This document shows, piece by piece, positions 9,957 through 17,023 of a stretch of DNA of 24,000 nucleotides. This DNA comes from Paralcaligenes ureilyticus (GTDB lineage Bacteria > Pseudomonadota > Gammaproteobacteria > Burkholderiales > Burkholderiaceae_B): assembly GCF_004346225.1 (NCBI RefSeq), contig NZ_SMAJ01000002.1, forward strand, positions 403,417 to 427,416, written 5' to 3'. Position numbers and translations under genes: made by a program. Under the pieces are notes generated by a model. It had not been told where the DNA came from. It worked only from the letters and a program-made list of their open reading frames with translations, and searched no databases. Each line of letters starts with the position of its first letter. Positions within the stretch are counted from its first letter, which is position 1.

Positions 9957-11290
9957 TCGACCGACTGCTTGCCCTTCTGGTCCTGTGCGTCGTACTTGGC
10001 GCGCCTCTTGGCATGGCCATGGCGTTCACCAGCACGATGCTGCTGAATTTCATCTTTTTCTACCCGCTTTTCATGTCCGGGATCTGGATTGCGGGCGGCC
10101 TCTGTTTCTGGCTCCACTGGGAGAGGCACTGGACGTGGGGCCCAGGACAGCCGGCTCCGATCCTGCCGGGCAACCCTCTCATCACCATTCTGGTTCCCTG
10201 CCACAACGAAGAGGAACATGGCGAAGAAACCCTGCTGGCCGCGCTGGGCCAACGCTATTCGAACATCGAAGTCATTGCCGTCAACGATGGCTCGACCGAC
10301 AACACAGCCGCCCTGTTCGATGCAATGGCCGCTCGCCACCCGCGGTTGCGGGTCATTCATCTGGCGCAGAACCAGGGTAAAGCCATGGGGCTGTGCATGG
10401 GTGCGATGGCGGCGCGCGGCGAATACATCGTTTGCATCGATGGCGATGCATTGCTGGACCCGGACGCCGCCGCCTATCTGGTTGCCCCTCTGGTAAATCA
10501 TCCGCGCGTGGGTGCTGTGACGGGAAACCCGCGGGTTCGAACCCGCTCCACCCTGATCGGACGCATCCAGGTGGGCGAGTTTTCGTCGATTATCGGCCTG
10601 ATCAAGCGCACTCAACGCCTTTACGGCCAGGTGTTCAGCGTATCCGGTGTGGTCACGGCCTTTCGGCGCCAGGCGCTTGACCAGGTGGGCTACTGGAGCC
10701 TGGACATGATCACTGAAGACATCGACATCACATGGAAACTGCAGCGCGATCAGTGGGAAGTTTTCTATGAGCCACGCGGACTATGCTGGATTCTCATGCC
10801 CGAAACACTGCGAGGCTTGTGGAAGCAGCGCTTGCGTTGGGCACAGGGAGGAGCGGAGGTATTCCTGAAAAATCTGGATTGCATCGGGCGTTGGAAAAGC
10901 CGCCGCCTGTGGCCCTTGATGTTCGAATTCAGCCTGTCAACCGCCTGGGCCTTTTCCCTGACTCTGTCCATTGTCCTGTGGAGCTTGGGCCAGGTTGTCG
11001 AATTGCCTGCGGCAATTCGGGTTACGGCCCTGTTTCCGCCTTCGTTTACGGGCCTGGTATTGGCCCTGGTGTGCCTGTTGCAGTTCGCCATCAGCGTCCT
11101 TATCGACCGTCGGTACGAGCCCGGTTTAGTACGTTCGCTGTATTGGATTATTTGGTACCCCTTCGTATATTGGATCATCAGCCTGTGCACGACTTTGTGC
11201 AGTTTCCCCAAGGTTGCGCTGCGTATCCGCCGCCAACGCGCACGCTGGACCAGTCCCGATCGCGGCATCAAGGAATTGAGGAAATCATGA
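9953..11290 (+). CDS. pgaC: Poly-beta-1,6-GlcNAc synthase, GT2 glycosyltransferase PgaC (BpsC-like)
   Basis: 445 aa; GT2 motifs [45 protein letters not shown]; ATGA overlap with pgaB. Confidence 0.96.
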   Translation: MIDRLLALLVLCVVLGAPLGMAMAFTSTMLLNFIFFYPLFMSGIWIAGGLCFWLHWERHWTWGPGQPAPILPGNPLITILVPCHNEEEHGEETLLAALGQRYSNIEVIAVNDGSTDNTAALFDAMAARHPRLRVIHLAQNQGKAMGLCMGAMAARGEYIVCIDGDALLDPDAAAYLVAPLVNHPRVGAVTGNPRVRTRSTLIGRIQVGEFSSIIGLIKRTQRLYGQVFSVSGVVTAFRRQALDQVGYWSLDMITEDIDITWKLQRDQWEVFYEPRGLCWILMPETLRGLWKQRLRWAQGGAEVFLKNLDCIGRWKSRRLWPLMFEFSLSTAWAFSLTLSIVLWSLGQVVELPAAIRVTALFPPSFTGLVLALVCLLQFAISVLIDRRYEPGLVRSLYWIIWYPFVYWIISLCTTLCSFPKVALRIRRQRARWTSPDRGIKELRKS

Positions 11291-11757
11291 TTATCAATAC
11301 ACGCTGTTCCCTCTTTGCAATGATTATCGACGCCCTGATGACGGCCGTTGGCTGGGTCGGCTTCTATTATCTGCTGAGCCAAGGCTTCCCGACGTTAAGC
11401 GCAAGCCCGCTTGATGTGGTGCAAGCACCGCTGCCGACGCCGTGGCTGCCGACGCTCCTCACCCTATCCATTTACCTCACCGTTGCCGCATTCAACGCGC
11501 TCTTGCTAATGCTCTGGGTGCGATATCACAAATTGTTTTTCATCAAGCTGAGGCGCCATGGGACGCCGTCAAATCTGAACGATAATGCAGTAGCGTCCAG
11601 TTTCATGTTGTCATGTAATTTGTTGCACAAGCTGCAAGACAGCCGCGTTTCGGTGATCCATCATAATGCCCGCGGCGATATCGCCCGCCTTGAGCTCGAC
11701 GAGCTCCTGCAGCCGCCCAGCAATTGCGAAATCTTTGAACTCACGCGCGCAGCCTAA
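11287..11757 (+). CDS. pgaD: Poly-GlcNAc biosynthesis protein PgaD (BpsD-like)
   Basis: 156 aa from ATG at 11287 (overlaps the pgaC stop); two hydrophobic helices followed by a cytoplasmic tail, at the conserved pgaD position. The track ORF starting at 10783 is an N-terminal over-extension. Confidence 0.85.
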   Translation: MIINTRCSLFAMIIDALMTAVGWVGFYYLLSQGFPTLSASPLDVVQAPLPTPWLPTLLTLSIYLTVAAFNALLLMLWVRYHKLFFIKLRRHGTPSNLNDNAVASSFMLSCNLLHKLQDSRVSVIHHNARGDIARLELDELLQPPSNCEIFELTRAA

Positions 11758-11792
11758 GGGCTGGCGTTGCGGTTTCGATTTGCGGCGATCGT

Positions 11793-11817
11793 GGCAGCCA
11801 CAAGGGCTGCCGCTACA
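11793..11817 (+). repeat. Left half-arm of the REP-like element
   Basis: GGCAGCCACAAGGGCTGCCGCTACA followed by the diagnostic TGATT loop start. Confidence 0.85.
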
Positions 11818-11859
11818 TGATTCCTGCGGGTGATGGTCGTATTTGGCTCGTGGAATTTT

Positions 11860-11928
11860 GGCAGCCACAAGGGCTGCCACTACATGATTGACGGGTACGT
11901 ATTTGTAGCGGCACCCCTTGTGGGTGCC
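11860..11928 (+). repeat. Dispersed palindromic (REP-like) element, 69-bp form
   Basis: GGCAGCCACAAGGGCTGCCACTACA-TGATTGACGGGTACGTATT-TGTAGCGGCACCCCTTGTGGGTGCC; loop is 19 nt. Confidence 0.9.
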
Positions 11929-11950
11929 ATCCAAACGACGATTATGTTTT

Positions 11951-11975
11951 TGTGGCGGCACCCTTTGTGGGTGCC
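11951..11975 (+). repeat. Right half-arm of the REP-like element
   Basis: TGTGGCGGCACCCTTTGTGGGTGCC, preceded by loop-like ACGACGATTATGTTTT. Confidence 0.8.
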
Positions 11976-11977
11976 AT

Positions 11978-12119
11978 CTCACCACGCTTATAAACACCCT
12001 CTCATCACGCACCTTGCTGGTGCCCCATCACCGCACCTTCCGCGAGCATTACCTCACCGCGCACCTTACGAGTGCGATCTCACCGCGCATTCATACCGAC
12101 GGTTTACCTCATCCGGCGG
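11978..12119. repeat. Degenerate direct-repeat array (CTCAYCRCGCACCTT-like, about 23-29 nt spacing)
   Basis: Starts near 11978, 12001, 12025, 12053, 12079, 12108: CTCACCACGC.., CTCATCACGCACCTT, CCATCACCGCACCTT, CTCACCGCGCACCTT, CTCACCGCGCATTC, CTCATCCGGCGG. Confidence 0.45.
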
Positions 12120-12424
12120 ATAAGCAGCGCGCCGGCAGCCTGCATTCCAACCGATGGTCTAGAACGTCCGGCTGGCAAGGGTTTACATCATCTAACCTAT
12201 TTTTTAAAGCACTTGTCACGCCTAAGATTTGCCTCATCAACCGCGATTTCAAAACGTTAAAACCGTAGCAGTTGTAAGCGAAAGAAATAATACGAGCAGG
12301 GGCGAAGCAAACAAAATTCGGTAGTGACCCAGGGCCTGGAACATAACGCATTGCCACATTCCATTTGGCTTGTCCGCAATAAAGAACCTGGAACATGTAT
12401 TGCAATAGATAAAGGAAGAACAAG

Positions 12425-12874
12425 GTGCAATTGACGATAAAAAAATTGAGCGCACTGATATTTCTTATTGTGACTCCAGTTGCGTACTCAAAATCCTTGC
12501 CGCCTGCCGCCGACAGCCAAAGCCTGGACCACGGAAGCCTCAGCGACGAGCCCCTGGCCGGTGTGGTCATCAACCGAACCGTCACGGTTCTGGGCTGGGA
12601 TTTTTATCAGAATTTTGCGGCGATATGGCGGGCCAAGTTTGCGGACAGCCGATATACGGTTTCAGTGCATGAGCGGCCCACGGCCCAGTTTGGCAGCGAA
12701 ATGTGGGTTGAGTACAAGCAGAAACGCATGTTTCACGCGTTCCTGGCACCGGCCAGATCCGCCACAAAGCCCGTAGCGGCTGCGGCGGTGGATATGGTTT
12801 ACAAAAATATCATCGATAGCAATGTTCAAAGTTTGTTGTTTACCGATGTGGACTTAGCACCTGAGGAGATGTAA
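12425..12874 (+). CDS. csgE: Curli production assembly/transport protein CsgE
   Basis: 149 aa from GTG; GVVINRTVTVLGWDFYQNFAAIWRAKFADSRYTVSVHERPTAQFGSEMWVEYKQKRMFHAFLAPARS...VDLAPEEM is a recognisable CsgE pattern; next to csgF/csgG. Confidence 0.93.
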   Translation: MQLTIKKLSALIFLIVTPVAYSKSLPPAADSQSLDHGSLSDEPLAGVVINRTVTVLGWDFYQNFAAIWRAKFADSRYTVSVHERPTAQFGSEMWVEYKQKRMFHAFLAPARSATKPVAAAAVDMVYKNIIDSNVQSLLFTDVDLAPEEM

Positions 12875-13339
12875 ATGAAAAACACAAGGATGTCCACGCA
12901 AATCAAATCCGGCTTGCGCGTGTCCATGGTGCTTCTGGCATGGGCCGCTTGCGGATCTGCATACGCCACAGAAATGGTCTATGTTCCCCTGAACCCGTCG
13001 TTCGGCGGCAACCCGCTCAATGGCCCCAATCTTCTGAACACGGCCCAGGCAACCAACACGCACACCGATCCGAATGCGCCCGACCTGAGTGCGCTTGGGG
13101 CGGCAACGCAACAAACCCCCTTGCAACAGTTCAACGATACGTTGCAGCGCTCGATTCTCAGCAGCGTGGCAGCGTCGGCCACTTCGTCGATCATCGGCCC
13201 TAACGGCACGCTGCACCCCGGCACAATCCAGACGGGCAACTTCACCATCAGCGTTGTGGATGCGGGCGGCGGGCTGCTGACGATCACCACCACCGACAAA
13301 ACCACCGGCGCTCAGACTTCCTTTCAGGTGGGGCAATGA
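12875..13339 (+). CDS. csgF: Curli assembly protein CsgF
   Basis: 154 aa; signal peptide then TEMVYVPLNPSFGGNPLNGPNLLNTAQATN, the CsgF N-terminal signature; abuts the csgE stop. Confidence 0.94.
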   Translation: MKNTRMSTQIKSGLRVSMVLLAWAACGSAYATEMVYVPLNPSFGGNPLNGPNLLNTAQATNTHTDPNAPDLSALGAATQQTPLQQFNDTLQRSILSSVAASATSSIIGPNGTLHPGTIQTGNFTISVVDAGGGLLTITTTDKTTGAQTSFQVGQ

Positions 13340-14277
13340 ACGCGCCGCGCAGGTCCCGCGCCCTAGGGCTTCGCAGGCGATCCAGCCTGGTGTGCACGGC
13401 TGCCCTGGCAACAGTATTGCTGGGCGCGTGTGCCGCGCCACGTACACCTTCGCAGGTAATGGATGCCGCGCAACTCACGCCCGCCACACCATCCACAAGC
13501 GATTTGCTCAAGCTTCCTTTACCGGCGAAAAAAACCGTGGTGGCCGTTTACGGCTTCCGGGATCAGACAGGGCAATACAAGCCCAGCCCCGACAGCTCTT
13601 TTTCAACCTCGGTGACACAAGGCGCGGCCTCCATGCTGATCAAGGCGCTCAACGATTCGCACTGGTTCATACCGGTCGAGCGCGAAGGCCTGCAAGAACT
13701 TCTGACCGAACGCCGGATCATTCGCGCCGAAGCGCCGCCGGTGCCCAAGGGAGCGCCGCCGATCAACAACGTACCTGCTTTGATGCCGGCGTCGATCATG
13801 ATTGGCGGAGGCATCGTCGCCTATGAAAGCAATGTGCGTACCGGCGGGGCAGGCGCCAATTTCCTGGGTATAGGGTTATCGACGCAATACCGGGTCGATC
13901 AGGTCACGATAAACCTGCGCACCATCAACGTTGACACGGGCCAGATACTGGAAAGCGTCTCCACGACCAAGACTATCTTTTCCTATGAAATCAATCCAAG
14001 CGTATTCAAGTTTGTCAATTTCAAGGATTTGCTGCAAATCGAAGCCGGCGTCACCAACAACGAACCCGGACAACTTTGCGTGAAAGAAGCCATTGAAGCG
14101 GCCGTTTTGCATTTGACAGTGCAAGGCCTGAAAGACCACACCTGGGCGCTGAAAAATCCTAATGATTGGAACTCGCCCGTTATTCAGCACTACGTGAATG
14201 CGGAAAGAAACTATGCGATAGCGGCGATGAAACCCGCCAACACCGCGCCCAGTGTCACCCCTCAGCCAACCCCCTGA
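13336..14277 (+). CDS. csgG: Curli secretion channel CsgG, outer-membrane lipoprotein
   Basis: 313 aa; lipobox LLGAC, VVAVYGFRDQTGQYKP, STSVTQGAASMLIKALNDSHWFIPVEREGLQELLTERRIIR; ATGA overlap with csgF. Confidence 0.97.
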   Translation: MNAPRRSRALGLRRRSSLVCTAALATVLLGACAAPRTPSQVMDAAQLTPATPSTSDLLKLPLPAKKTVVAVYGFRDQTGQYKPSPDSSFSTSVTQGAASMLIKALNDSHWFIPVEREGLQELLTERRIIRAEAPPVPKGAPPINNVPALMPASIMIGGGIVAYESNVRTGGAGANFLGIGLSTQYRVDQVTINLRTINVDTGQILESVSTTKTIFSYEINPSVFKFVNFKDLLQIEAGVTNNEPGQLCVKEAIEAAVLHLTVQGLKDHTWALKNPNDWNSPVIQHYVNAERNYAIAAMKPANTAPSVTPQPTP

Positions 14278-14324
14278 GCGGACGACCCACCCGAAATACA
14301 CAAATTGACCATTTGGAGAACGCC

Positions 14325-14873
14325 ATGATCGATTCAATACGCTCACGATACGGTGGAAGCGAACCCCGTCGATACGGGCACGCCCTGCTGCTCGCATTGG
14401 CCTTGACGGCTCTGGGAACTCAGGCCGGGTACTGCCTCGACACCGATCTGGGCGCCCCGCCCGAACTGACCCTGGGCGATTCCACTGCAAGCATATTTCA
14501 GATTGGACGGCAAAACACCGCCGGCGTGCAACAGCAAGGGTCATTGAACACGGCGCGACTCAGCCAGGCGGGGTCCGACAACGGGATCAGCGCCGCGCAA
14601 CAAGGCAACGGCAACTCGGCGTTCCTGACCCAGGCTGGCGCGGAAAACCTGATCAGCCTCGCCCAATACGGGAATGCCAACTATGCCTCGGCGGCGCAAT
14701 TCGGTTACGCCAACACCGCGGCCGTGGCGCAATTCAACAATGCGGGCGATGCGCGAATCGCCCAGGTCGGCAATCTGGATTCCGCCACCGTCATCACGCT
14801 ATCGGCAGGGGCTCCGCCCGTGAAACTTAACCAGTACGGCAACGGAGCCGTTGCAAAAGTTATCCAGTACTAA
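14325..14873 (+). CDS. csgB: Curlin-repeat protein, CsgB-type minor subunit/nucleator
   Basis: 182 aa from ATG at 14325 with GGAG upstream; signal peptide and repeats QxGxxNxAxxxQ (FQIGRQNTAGVQQQGSLNTARLSQAG...AQYGNANYASAAQFGYANTAAVAQ). The track start at 14166 overlaps csgG and is rejected. Confidence 0.85.
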   Translation: MIDSIRSRYGGSEPRRYGHALLLALALTALGTQAGYCLDTDLGAPPELTLGDSTASIFQIGRQNTAGVQQQGSLNTARLSQAGSDNGISAAQQGNGNSAFLTQAGAENLISLAQYGNANYASAAQFGYANTAAVAQFNNAGDARIAQVGNLDSATVITLSAGAPPVKLNQYGNGAVAKVIQY

Positions 14874-14926
14874 AGACCGCTGGGTTGGGCTGCACGTTTC
14901 AGGTCTTAATTTTGAGGAGAATCACA

Positions 14927-15397
14927 ATGAAAACCAGTCTTTCCGCACTTGCTCTAGGTATTGCTGTCGCATTTGGGGCTCCGGCCATGGCAAGCAATAC
15001 TGCAACCGTCGGTCAAACCGGCTATAACAACGACGCTAGCATTACGCAAGCGTATAACGATTCGGGGATGTCTTCGATTAGCCAAAACGGCACCTACAAC
15101 ATCGCCAAATCCAACCAGCAAGGCAACGACAGTGCGACCAGCCACATTACTCAAAGCGATTACAACAATTTCGCCGACGTAGACCAGACGCATAATTGGT
15201 CGGCCGATTCAACGGTCATGCAGGATGGCACGTACAACATCGCCAAGGTTAAACAATGGGACGGTTGCGACCTCTCGTCGACGGTGAGCCAGACGGGGTA
15301 TAACAACTACGCCAATGTCAGCCAGACAGGCTGGCACCAAACCGCAACAGCAACCCAGGTCGGTACCTATAACGTCGCCAACATTTCGCAAAAATAA
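14927..15397 (+). CDS. csgA: Curlin-repeat protein, CsgA-type major subunit
   Basis: 156 aa from ATG at 14927 with GAGGAG upstream; signal peptide ...GAPAMA-SN, six QxGxxNxAxxxQ-like units. Confidence 0.87.
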   Translation: MKTSLSALALGIAVAFGAPAMASNTATVGQTGYNNDASITQAYNDSGMSSISQNGTYNIAKSNQQGNDSATSHITQSDYNNFADVDQTHNWSADSTVMQDGTYNIAKVKQWDGCDLSSTVSQTGYNNYANVSQTGWHQTATATQVGTYNVANISQK

Positions 15398-15425
15398 TGA
15401 ATCGACGCTAGCAACAGACGGCAAG

Positions 15426-15458
15426 CGTGCGGGCGGGTATTTTTTACCTGCCCGTGCG
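15426..15458. other. Strong intercistronic stem-loop between csgA and csgH
   Basis: CGTGCGGGCGGGTA-TTTTT-TACCTGCCCGTGCG: 14-bp stem including three G-T pairs, 5-nt loop; no T-tract after the stem. Confidence 0.65.
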
Positions 15459-15497
15459 GCCCTCTTTAGTAGTAAGCAGTTATTCCAGGAGAACAAA

Positions 15498-15806
15498 ATG
15501 GTCGCGGATACCAACTTACAGGTTTGGCTGGAAACCAATGCCAACACAACGCCAAGCATTGTCGTGCCTTATGTGCAAAGTTCGGAAGAAAAAAAGATTC
15601 ACTACGAACTGCACGCCATTAAAAAAGGCCGGGCCGGCACGTCGGAAGTAAGCCAGAGCGGCATCGTCCGGGTTCTTGCCAAGATGCCGACGGCCCTGTC
15701 GGGAATGGCATTGAGCGCCAGCAAGGATGACACTTGCCAAATCGTACTCATTCTGGCCGAAGGCGGCGTGCCTGTCGGCAACTACCATTTTGATTGCCCA
15801 AGATAG
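15498..15806 (+). CDS. csgH: CsgC/CsgH-like curli chaperone family protein
   Basis: 102 aa from ATG at 15498 with AGGAG upstream; small beta-rich protein with IHYELHAIKKGRAGTSEVSQSGIVR...KDDTCQIVLILAEGGVPVGNYHFDCPR, immediately after csgA. Confidence 0.6.
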   Translation: MVADTNLQVWLETNANTTPSIVVPYVQSSEEKKIHYELHAIKKGRAGTSEVSQSGIVRVLAKMPTALSGMALSASKDDTCQIVLILAEGGVPVGNYHFDCPR

Positions 15807-16143
15807 GCCTAAAAAGAAACCATCAGACGCAAACATGCCGTCAACATGAAAACCGAATAAATTGTTCCCGATGTAATAGAGTATGTACTCAAGAAGAAGG
15901 AATTGACAAATGAAAATCGCTAAAATTATCATGCTAACCGTATAAAATCGCTACGATAATGCCAAAAACAAGAACATAGCTTACTCATACACAACACGTT
16001 AATTAAACCTGAAAGTATCGGCGTTCATCTGGCCACGATTAATTGGGACGAATGCAGAAAACATATTGCGATGCAATGTTGTATTGATTAACCTTTGACG
16101 ATTTTCGAACCACTCGACGCGACAATGCCAAAAACCCAATGAT

Positions 16144-16168
16144 TTTTGGGGCCTCGAAGGCTCCGAAA
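16144..16168. other. Stem-loop in the 5' leader of the LuxR-type regulator
   Basis: TTTTGGGGCC-TCGAA-GGCTCCGAAA, 10 pairs (two G-T), ending 34 nt before the ATG. Confidence 0.5.
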
Positions 16169-16201
16169 CTTGAATAAAAACCGTATAACGGAAGAATTAA
16201 A

Positions 16202-17008
16202 ATGATCAAAATCATTGTAATTGAACCGCAACACTTGCTTCGGCTTGGAATCATGCAGGTTCTGGCTGCCATAGAACCTGACGCTCAAATCGAAGGAGTC
16301 GACTACAGCTTCACCGCGCATGAGGCACCGGCCGACCGGGAAGTGGACCTGGCCGTCGTTTCCGTCTCATCGGCACAGGAAATGACCGGGTTGGTACAAG
16401 CCGCAAAACGCGTATATTCCCCCAAATGGACTCTGCTATTGTCCGATACCGCAACAGCACCGAACTGCTTGCTGGATTTTCCAGCCGTTATCGCGGGGTG
16501 CATCAACAAACACGCGTCTCCCGAGGTGCTGGCTGCATCCATCAAATTGATCTTGTTGGGAGGGAGCTGTTTTCCGGCGCCAACCAAAAGCGACGCATTC
16601 ACGCCCATGAGCAACAGTGCGGCGGTGGCGCCGCCCATGATGCTGCAGACCGACCTCAATCCCGCCGCCCAATTCGTCCCGTCAGATCCGGCCTGCAAAC
16701 CCATTTATATTCCGGCCCAGATCCGCTCGGAAAACAAGCCGTCAACGATGACAAATGCCGAGGCAAAGATGCTGAACATCACTCAGCGTCAATACGAAGT
16801 ATTGGTGCTCCTGGCGCGAGGCTATCCCATCAAAACCGTCAGCCGGCACCTGAATATTTCGGTAGCAACGGCCAAGGCGCACACTGAAACGCTGTATCAG
16901 CGCCTGGACGTACACAATAGAAACGAGGCTGTATACGCCGCTATCTCTCGTGGCGCGTCGCTAGGCTGGACGCACACGGAAGCCGACGGCCATGCGCAGG
17001 CGGCATAG
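16202..17008 (+). CDS. LuxR-type response-regulator-like transcription factor with degenerate receiver; candidate curli/matrix regulator
   Basis: 268 aa; N-terminal REC-like fold (MIKIIVIEPQHLLRLGIMQVL ... VDLAVVSV ... CINKHASPEVLAASIKLILLGGSCF), C-terminal HTH (NITQRQYEVLVLLARGYPIKTVSRHLNISVATAKAHTETLYQRLDVHNRNEAV). Confidence 0.88.
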   Translation: MIKIIVIEPQHLLRLGIMQVLAAIEPDAQIEGVDYSFTAHEAPADREVDLAVVSVSSAQEMTGLVQAAKRVYSPKWTLLLSDTATAPNCLLDFPAVIAGCINKHASPEVLAASIKLILLGGSCFPAPTKSDAFTPMSNSAAVAPPMMLQTDLNPAAQFVPSDPACKPIYIPAQIRSENKPSTMTNAEAKMLNITQRQYEVLVLLARGYPIKTVSRHLNISVATAKAHTETLYQRLDVHNRNEAVYAAISRGASLGWTHTEADGHAQAA

Positions 17009-17023
17009 GCGCGCCTATGCCGC
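17000..17023. terminator. Perfect 24-bp palindrome between convergent genes, possible bidirectional terminator
   Basis: GCGGCATAGGCG|CGCCTATGCCGC; contains the TAG stop of the LuxR gene (17006-17008) and the CTA (reverse TAG) of the CoA-transferase (17015-17017). Confidence 0.5.

Noticed and set aside
10783-11757. 324-codon reading of PgaD
   Set aside because: The N-terminal half overlaps pgaC in another frame; ATG at 11287 gives the expected size and an ATGA-type overlap.
11611-12012. Minus-strand ORF near the pgaD end with GTHKGCRYK/FVAALVAAK-like peptides; similar ones at 4778-4963 and 19740-19967
   Set aside because: The recurring peptide is translation of the palindromic REP-like element, which is stop-free on both strands. 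It does not indicate a protein family.
14166-14873. 235-codon reading of CsgB
   Set aside because: The first 53 codons overlap csgG. ATG at 14325 has an RBS and is followed by a signal peptide.
16065-16077. ATTGC-GAT-GCAAT dyad as an autoinducer-type lux box
   Set aside because: The dyad is only 5 bp per arm and the regulator has a receiver-like rather than an autoinducer-binding N-terminal domain.
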